Assembly: GCA_028867755.1 (NCBI GenBank)
Contig: JAGWFT010000001.1
Coordinates: 868,727-932,726, forward strand
From: Nitrososphaerota archaeon
GTDB taxonomy: Archaea > Thermoproteota > Nitrososphaeria > Nitrososphaerales > Nitrosopumilaceae
Length of the DNA: 64,000 bases
Direction of reading: 5' to 3'
In this document: in pieces, positions 58,399 through 64,000 of the stretch
How the letters are laid out: each line of letters starts with the position of its first letter
Numbering within the stretch: position 1 is the stretch's first letter
The notes under the pieces: model-generated
The model's database searches: none
Seen by the model: only the letters and a program-made list of their open reading frames with translations
What the model was told of the DNA's origin: nothing
Made by a program: the position numbers and the translations under genes

Positions 58399-59012
58399 GA
58401 TGTTACAGTCTTTCTGCCCCTTGTCTTTATTCTGCCTTCTGCAAAAAGCCTGACTGCTTTGGGATAAATCCTGTGCTCTTGCTCTAGTATTCTTTTTGAG
58501 AGGCTCTCTTCTGTGTCTCCATCTTTTACCTTGACTATAGCTTGTAGTATTATGGGGCCAGTATCTACTCCCTCGTCAACAAAGTGCACCGTGCATCCTG
58601 AATATTTCACGCCATGCTCGATTGCCTGCCTTTGGGAATGTAGTCCTGGAAATGCAGGCAAAATTGCAGGATGTATGTTGATTATTCTTCCTTGATACTT
58701 TTTGATAAACTCTGGACTCATTATTCTCATAAATCCAGCAAGGCAGATCAGGCCATTTTTTGGCGTGACATTGTTTTCTTCAAGAAGTGATACTAGTTTT
58801 TGGTCATACTCCCAGCTTCCGCCCTTGAGCCCGGTGCTATCAACTATTGCAGTCTTGACTCCAAGTTTTTGCGCAACCTTCAGCCCCTTCGCATCAGGTT
58901 TGTTTGATATTACAACTGCAGGCTTGATTGGAATCTTTTTCTTTTTGACCGTGCGCAAGATTGCTTCCATGTTAGAGCCGCGTCCTGAAATCAGGATTGC
59001 AAGATTTACCAT
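58395..59012 (-). CDS. purN: Phosphoribosylglycinamide formyltransferase
   Basis: ISGRGSNM, LAGFMRI, NIHPAILPAFPG, GCTVHFV...VDTGPII. Confidence 0.96.
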   Translation of the reverse strand: MVNLAILISGRGSNMEAILRTVKKKKIPIKPAVVISNKPDAKGLKVAQKLGVKTAIVDSTGLKGGSWEYDQKLVSLLEENNVTPKNGLICLAGFMRIMSPEFIKKYQGRIINIHPAILPAFPGLHSQRQAIEHGVKYSGCTVHFVDEGVDTGPIILQAIVKVKDGDTEESLSKRILEQEHRIYPKAVRLFAEGRIKTRGRKTVTS

Positions 59013-59168
59013 GTGTATTGGTTTTGGCCTTGTGTAAATAAACATCTTACGCTAGTTGCAAAAAAGATCGAGTTTGAATTGCTTTAGACTAGATGTTGTG
59101 ATGGATCAATCTTGCAATTTATATCCGATGCACTTCTCCAAAATCTCAATTTGAAGCAAGTTGTAAAG

Positions 59169-60134
59169 ATGACCTCTAACGGTATTTTTGTATCAACCCA
59201 GAATGGTGCCAAGATACACCTTGATCCAAAAAAGGGTGCAGACGACGGCATTACCTTTGTCTCTCATGCCCATCTAGACCACCTTCACAGGCAGAATGGC
59301 GGGCTTGTACTGACATCAAAGCAGACAAGCGAGATTGCAAGACTGCGAGGCTATTCAATTGAGAACTATCTTGAAGAGTATGAGGATTTTTCGCTAATTG
59401 ATGCAGGCCATATTCTTGGGGCAAAGGGGCTCTTGTTTGGAGACGGTGTTTTCTATACTGGGGACATTAGCATACGCGAGCGCGCTTTTATGAAAGGTGC
59501 CAATGTTCCAAAATGCAAGGTATTGATAACAGAGTGCACATTTGGGATGCCAGAGTACGTATTTCCGAAAGTGCAAGAAACAGTCAAACGTGTCAACGAA
59601 ATAATATCTGAATTATACTCTAAAGGCAAGCCCGTGATTCTTCTTGGGTATGAGCTTGGCAAGGCGCAAATTCTCTCGTATTTGTTCTCACACTGGTCAC
59701 CATACTATCATGATTCTGTAAAAAAAGTAAATGATATCTATCGAAAATTTGGAATAAACCTGCAAGATTCCATGGGCCACTCTGAAGCAGAAAGTGCTGG
59801 GCTCTTGGACAAAAAGCCATGGCTTATGATTGCGCCAAACATGAGTGGCAAGAATAGTTTTGTGCAGCACATGAAATCAAGATATGATGCAATAACAATT
59901 GGCTTTAGCGGATGGGCCCAGTCGCCAAGATTTGCATTTGCAAGACAGCATGATTATTCCATACCGTTGAGTGACCATTGCGATTACAACGAGTTGGTAC
60001 AGCTTGTCAAGCAGTGCAATCCTGAAAAAATCTATACAGTGCATGGGTTTGTGGAGGAATTTGCATCAGATCTAGTCAAAATGGGATATGATGCCCAGCC
60101 TCTCACTGAAAACGCGCTAGACGATTATTTTTGA
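59169..60134 (+). CDS. Metallo-beta-lactamase/beta-CASP nuclease (ligase-associated exonuclease family)
   Basis: SHAHLDH, AGHILG, YTGD, ECTFG, GKAQ, LSDHCDY, VHG; start uncertain. Confidence 0.85.
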   Translation: MTSNGIFVSTQNGAKIHLDPKKGADDGITFVSHAHLDHLHRQNGGLVLTSKQTSEIARLRGYSIENYLEEYEDFSLIDAGHILGAKGLLFGDGVFYTGDISIRERAFMKGANVPKCKVLITECTFGMPEYVFPKVQETVKRVNEIISELYSKGKPVILLGYELGKAQILSYLFSHWSPYYHDSVKKVNDIYRKFGINLQDSMGHSEAESAGLLDKKPWLMIAPNMSGKNSFVQHMKSRYDAITIGFSGWAQSPRFAFARQHDYSIPLSDHCDYNELVQLVKQCNPEKIYTVHGFVEEFASDLVKMGYDAQPLTENALDDYF

Positions 60135-60244
60135 GTGCAACTATTAATCTTGGGTGCTCTTCCAACTTACCACATTTTCATCTAGTAACTAGATTGTCAC
60201 TTTGCACTTTATATGGATTGTAGCTGTATGGTAATTGTACAAAA

Positions 60245-61081
60245 ATGACAGATCAAAAAGTTGCTATTGTTACTGGTAGTTCAAGTGGAATAGGATATGA
60301 GACTGCACTTGTACTTGCAAGAAATGGTTTTCGTACATATGCAACTATGAGGAATCTAGAAAAAGCAAAAGCTATCTCAGATGTAGCAAAAAAAGAAAAA
60401 CTTTCATTGCATACAATAAAGTTAGATGTTACAGATGAAAAATCTGTAAACGACGCCATTAAAACTATCAAGTCTGAAGCAGGAAGAATTGATGTACTGG
60501 TAAATAACGCAGGCTATGGTCTAATGGGATCTCTTGAGGATCTATTGATGAGTGAGATAAAGGCGCAGTATGAAACAAACGTCTTTGGTCTGATACGAGT
60601 AACCCAAGCAGTTCTGCCTATTATGAGGGAGCAAAAAGGTGGCATTATTGTAAATATTAGCTCTATAGGTGGGAAGATGGCAATGCCGTTGTCATCGCCA
60701 TACATTGGTACAAAATTTGCAGTTGAGGGCCTCAGCGAATCTATTGCATATGATCTAGAGCCATTTGGAATCAAAATTATCCTAATAGAGCCAGGTGCAA
60801 TCAAGACCAATTTTGACACTGGCATGATAGTAGCTCAAAAAAATCAAAACCCAATCTCTCCTTATTACAACGGCATGCAAAAGTTGCAGAGTTCTCTTAA
60901 TGCCATTTTAAAGAATGGCACCTTGCCTGCCAAGGTCGCTGATGTAATATTAAACGCAATTACAATACCCAATCCTAATCTTAGATATACTGTAGGTGAT
61001 GATGCTGCCTTGCTTGCACAAAAAAGAAGAGAGCTGCCAGATTCAGAATTTCGTAAACTTGTTTCAGAGTTTCTCAAATAA
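60245..61081 (+). CDS. Short-chain dehydrogenase/reductase
   Basis: TGSSSGIG, LVNNAG, NISS, YIGTK. Confidence 0.93.
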   Translation: MTDQKVAIVTGSSSGIGYETALVLARNGFRTYATMRNLEKAKAISDVAKKEKLSLHTIKLDVTDEKSVNDAIKTIKSEAGRIDVLVNNAGYGLMGSLEDLLMSEIKAQYETNVFGLIRVTQAVLPIMREQKGGIIVNISSIGGKMAMPLSSPYIGTKFAVEGLSESIAYDLEPFGIKIILIEPGAIKTNFDTGMIVAQKNQNPISPYYNGMQKLQSSLNAILKNGTLPAKVADVILNAITIPNPNLRYTVGDDAALLAQKRRELPDSEFRKLVSEFLK

Positions 61082-61130
61082 AGATGATTTAGTAATAATT
61101 TTAATAATCTCGGATTTTTAAATCAGAGAA

Positions 61131-61244
61131 ATGGCTGAACGCTGTAGGTTCTGTAAAAAAACCCTTGGATCTTGCACCTGTGATGAGAACAATTTGGGAG
61201 AATATTACAATAAACCCAAAGAACGCGATGATCCATATGAATAA
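61131..61244 (+). CDS. 37-aa four-Cys microprotein (not in ORF track)
   Basis: MAERCRFCKKTLGSCTCDENNLGEYYNKPKERDDPYE; TTTTAATA about 25 nt upstream. Confidence 0.5.
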   Translation: MAERCRFCKKTLGSCTCDENNLGEYYNKPKERDDPYE

Positions 61245-61640
61245 CTAGTATCACACAGTTTTTGTGGACAAACAATTTATCATGCCTGGTATATCGCAAT
61301 TAAGACCATAGGACTTCAACGGAATGATGATAATTACGGCAATCCTTTGACTGTCGGAGTGCTGTGGTCACTCTAACTTTAATATGCAAAAAGGATTAGT
61401 TTCCTATCTGTAAGACATAAGATGTCTTCAAGGTATTGCGGTATTCAAACAAATATTTGGAAAATCTCCGGGAATTGTAAAATAAAATTCTAAAAATCTA
61501 TTGCGTTTATCTTAAATTACTCTGATTTTCTCAAGTTCTATTTTATTTTTCAGACTATTGTCTCAGCTCTAAATCCTGTATATCAATTGATAAAAACAAT
61601 TGATACAATTCATTATAATTTCAATTTAAAATGAACCAAA

Positions 61641-62195
61641 ATGAAAATACAACTATTTTTGACACTGCTGGTGTCATGCGCCTTGCTTGTTCATACTGCA
61701 TATGCGACCATGTATACTGGAGATTTACAGACTAGACAAGAAAACTGCTCTCTTGAATCATGTGTAACTCCAGCATTTTTTGGGATTTTTACGTATCAGA
61801 CAAGCGAACCTGTAGTAAACTCACAACCTAGTATCAGTACTTCCTATGGGGCTACAATGACCTCAAACCACGGCCAAGACTGGCTTGTACAATTTAATCC
61901 ATTTACACCACAAAATGCATATGCTACATTTGTGTCTCAGGTAAATCAAACAGTTCAGACTATTTTCTGGGGCCAGTTTAACTTTACAGAGCAGAAAACA
62001 AATCAAGGTCTTGCTGCTATGAATCAAGTTCTTCAAAATGGAGGCACCAGTGATCAAGCAAGAAATGCATTAGCTCAAAATGCTCAGAGCTCTAGAAGTG
62101 AAATAACAAAAGTCAACAATGATTTGAATGTAAAGTATGGCAATGCAAGTGCTGACGTCCAGTCAAAGTTTGACAAATATGGTAACTTGCGGTAA
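61641..62195 (+). CDS. Secreted hypothetical protein, Gln/Asn-rich
   Basis: Signal peptide ending AYA; Cys pair CSLESC. Confidence 0.7.
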   Translation: MKIQLFLTLLVSCALLVHTAYATMYTGDLQTRQENCSLESCVTPAFFGIFTYQTSEPVVNSQPSISTSYGATMTSNHGQDWLVQFNPFTPQNAYATFVSQVNQTVQTIFWGQFNFTEQKTNQGLAAMNQVLQNGGTSDQARNALAQNAQSSRSEITKVNNDLNVKYGNASADVQSKFDKYGNLR

Positions 62196-62285
62196 TGGAA
62201 GTTGGAATCTTGGTCTTGCACCGAACGGCAAATAATTAACCCTTAAGTATTTGTTTTCCGATCAAGATTCTAATTGCTAGTGCCC

Positions 62286-62304
62286 TATCCTAGGGGGGAG
62301 GATA
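62286..62304. promoter_or_regulatory. Probable CsoR/RcnR-type operator
   Basis: TATCCT-AGGGGGG-AGGATA: inverted repeat around a G6 tract, about 50 nt upstream of the transporter. Confidence 0.6.
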
Positions 62305-62355
62305 TGCTTTTTAGGAGCTTATTTTTAATTTTAATTCAAGGAAACATGTGTTTGA

Positions 62356-63024
62356 ATGATTAACCTTCTTCCCTACGTAATAGGAGCAGCTGTAGTTGGA
62401 ATACTGCACATGTCAGCACCTGACCATTGGGTTACGCTTTGCGTCCTTGCAAGGAATAAACAGTGGGCACCCAAAAAGCTATTCGGGATATCGTTTGTAG
62501 CAGCAGTCGGACATGTTGGCCTGTCTATTGTCATGGGTCTTGCAGTAGTAACTCTTGGACTAGTATTCTCACATTTGATTTCATACTATCTTGATACTGG
62601 AATTGGAATTATCATGGTTGGGGCTGGGTTAATTGTTGGAATCAAACCACTTGTCGTAAAAAAAGGTCATCATCACGATGACCACGAACATGAACACAGT
62701 CTTGATACTCAGGATAATGAAGGAAAGGAAGGTGTTGGCAAACTAACGCAGGGAATAGGGTATTTTGCAGTCCTAGGGGCCGCACTCTCACCGGATCCTA
62801 GCATCATACCAATTTATCTTTCGGCAATATCTGCTGGGTTTTATTTTGCGCTTGAGCTATCTGCAGTGTTTGCAACTGCCTCAATTCTGACACTCTTACT
62901 TTTAGTCAAGCTTGGTACGGTGGGACTTGCAAAAACCTTCGAGAAAATTCCAGAAAAATACAATGACTCACTAGTAGGTTTTGTAATTGCTGTTATAGGA
63001 GTTTATGTTCTTATTGCAAGATAG
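62356..63024 (+). CDS. Ni/Co transporter-like membrane protein (NicO/RcnA-type)
   Basis: HMSAPDHW in TM1, His-rich loop HHHDDHEHEH, about 6 TM helices. Confidence 0.72.
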   Translation: MINLLPYVIGAAVVGILHMSAPDHWVTLCVLARNKQWAPKKLFGISFVAAVGHVGLSIVMGLAVVTLGLVFSHLISYYLDTGIGIIMVGAGLIVGIKPLVVKKGHHHDDHEHEHSLDTQDNEGKEGVGKLTQGIGYFAVLGAALSPDPSIIPIYLSAISAGFYFALELSAVFATASILTLLLLVKLGTVGLAKTFEKIPEKYNDSLVGFVIAVIGVYVLIAR

Positions 63025-63076
63025 GTTGGATAAACTATCCAATTAGATAAATATCTCAATAGGTACAACATAGATC

Positions 63077-63334
63077 ATGACTCATCATAAACTGCCTGAA
63101 GTGAAGAAAAGGTTGGCAAGGATAGAGGGACATGTTAAAGGCATAAGAAAGATGATTGACGATGAAAAGGGATATCCTGAGATTGTACAACAGATCACGG
63201 CAGTCAGAGCGGCTCTTGATAGCACAATGGAGATAATAATTCAGGATCTTGTAGATCATGTTAACCTTAATACAAATACTAGAGGCAAACAGGCAGCCAG
63301 TGATCTAAAAAATACAGTGTCCAAAATTCTATAG
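63077..63334 (+). CDS. CsoR/RcnR family metal-sensitive repressor (atypical ligands)
   Basis: RLARIEGHVKGIRKMI, QQITAVRAAL. Confidence 0.85.
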   Translation: MTHHKLPEVKKRLARIEGHVKGIRKMIDDEKGYPEIVQQITAVRAALDSTMEIIIQDLVDHVNLNTNTRGKQAASDLKNTVSKIL

Positions 63335-63437
63335 GGTGTTGACAAGAATAACAGAAGCAGGCAGAAAAATTCACAATGCGCTGGATGATCAATAATTCAA
63401 ACTGGCTTTTATTTTTCAAGTTTACTCAATCCTGTGT

Positions 63438-64000
63438 TTAATTTGCAGAAAACTTTCTTAGCGCCCTGTTGTACGCAACACCGAACCTGTGGGCCTCGTC
63501 TCTTGCATATTGCAGAACCTTTAGTGCGGCACTGCTTTTTGGCAAGACAATAGGGCTTTTCAGGTTTGGATGGTAAATCTCCTCATTTTCCTTGGCTAGT
63601 GAGACAATTGCTATGCTTACCCCAGCTGACTTGAGTGCCTCACGCGCAGCATTTAGCTGCCCTCTCCCTCCATCAATTAGCACCAAGTCAGGCATCTTGG
63701 AGTCTTCCTGCCGTGCTCTAAGGTATCTTCTTTTTACTATCTCATTTATCATTGCAAAATCATCTCTGCCCTTTACTGTCTTGATTCTAAACTTGCGATA
63801 TCCTGACTTTGATGGTCTGCCGTCTACAAGGCACGACATTGAACCAATTGCATAATCTGTGCCATGATTTGATATGTCAAAACATTCTATGGTTCTTGGG
63901 GTGTGTTCTAGTTTTAATTTCTCTTGGAGCTCAACTACCGCAGGGTCTGCACCCTTTGTCAGTACAAGATCAATATTTTTCATTATGAGTCCTATCATCT
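63438..64000 (-). CDS. uvrC: Excinuclease ABC subunit C, 3' part (5' end outside the window)
   Basis: IECFDISN, YRKFRIK, DDFAMI.E...RR, PDLVLIDGGRGQL, RDEAHRF. Confidence 0.93.
   Translation of the reverse strand, partial: MIGLIMKNIDLVLTKGADPAVVELQEKLKLEHTPRTIECFDISNHGTDYAIGSMSCLVDGRPSKSGYRKFRIKTVKGRDDFAMINEIVKRRYLRARQEDSKMPDLVLIDGGRGQLNAAREALKSAGVSIAIVSLAKENEEIYHPNLKSPIVLPKSSAALKVLQYARDEAHRFGVAYNRALRKFSAN

Noticed and set aside
1-64000. CRISPR arrays, tRNA/rRNA genes, transposases, integrases
   Set aside because: No regularly spaced repeats, no T-arm GTTCRAATC cloverleaf, no rRNA-like stretch and no DDE or tyrosine-recombinase motifs seen by eye; tRNAscan-SE, Infernal and ISEScan would confirm.

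Overview
Archaeal chromosomal window from an ammonia-oxidising Nitrososphaerota (Thaumarchaeota) genome, probably Nitrosotalea-like (inferred from the methylmalonyl-CoA mutase/epimerase and succinyl-CoA ligase genes of the 3HP/4HB cycle, a PEFG-CTERM surface protein, cupredoxins, and CdvC with an ESCRT-III-like neighbour). It is mostly housekeeping genes (cysS, nadE, ahcY, metG, ilvC, ppdK, tpiA, sucCD, ileS, carAB, tfb, CDC48, purD, purN, folD, partial uvrC), interleaved with small accessory cassettes. Top observation: carB is interrupted between codons E25 and F26 by a 20-nt insert (42662-42681). The insert folds into a canonical bulge-helix-bulge motif, and the standard BHB cut sites remove exactly that insert and restore the conserved GEFDYSG frame. 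This points to an mRNA intron, spliced by the tRNA endonuclease, in a metabolic gene. Other observations: two integrase-free cassettes each flanked by a duplicated copy of the neighbouring gene's last codons; a CsoR/RcnR-family regulator lacking its metal ligands next to a G-tract operator; a cupredoxin with Arg at the axial Met position; a LecA-like lectin; a CDC48 that seems to start at ATA; and several microproteins under 60 aa missed by the ORF track (including rpl40e). No rRNA, tRNA, CRISPR array or transposase was seen. All family calls are from sequence motifs recognised by eye; no searches were run.
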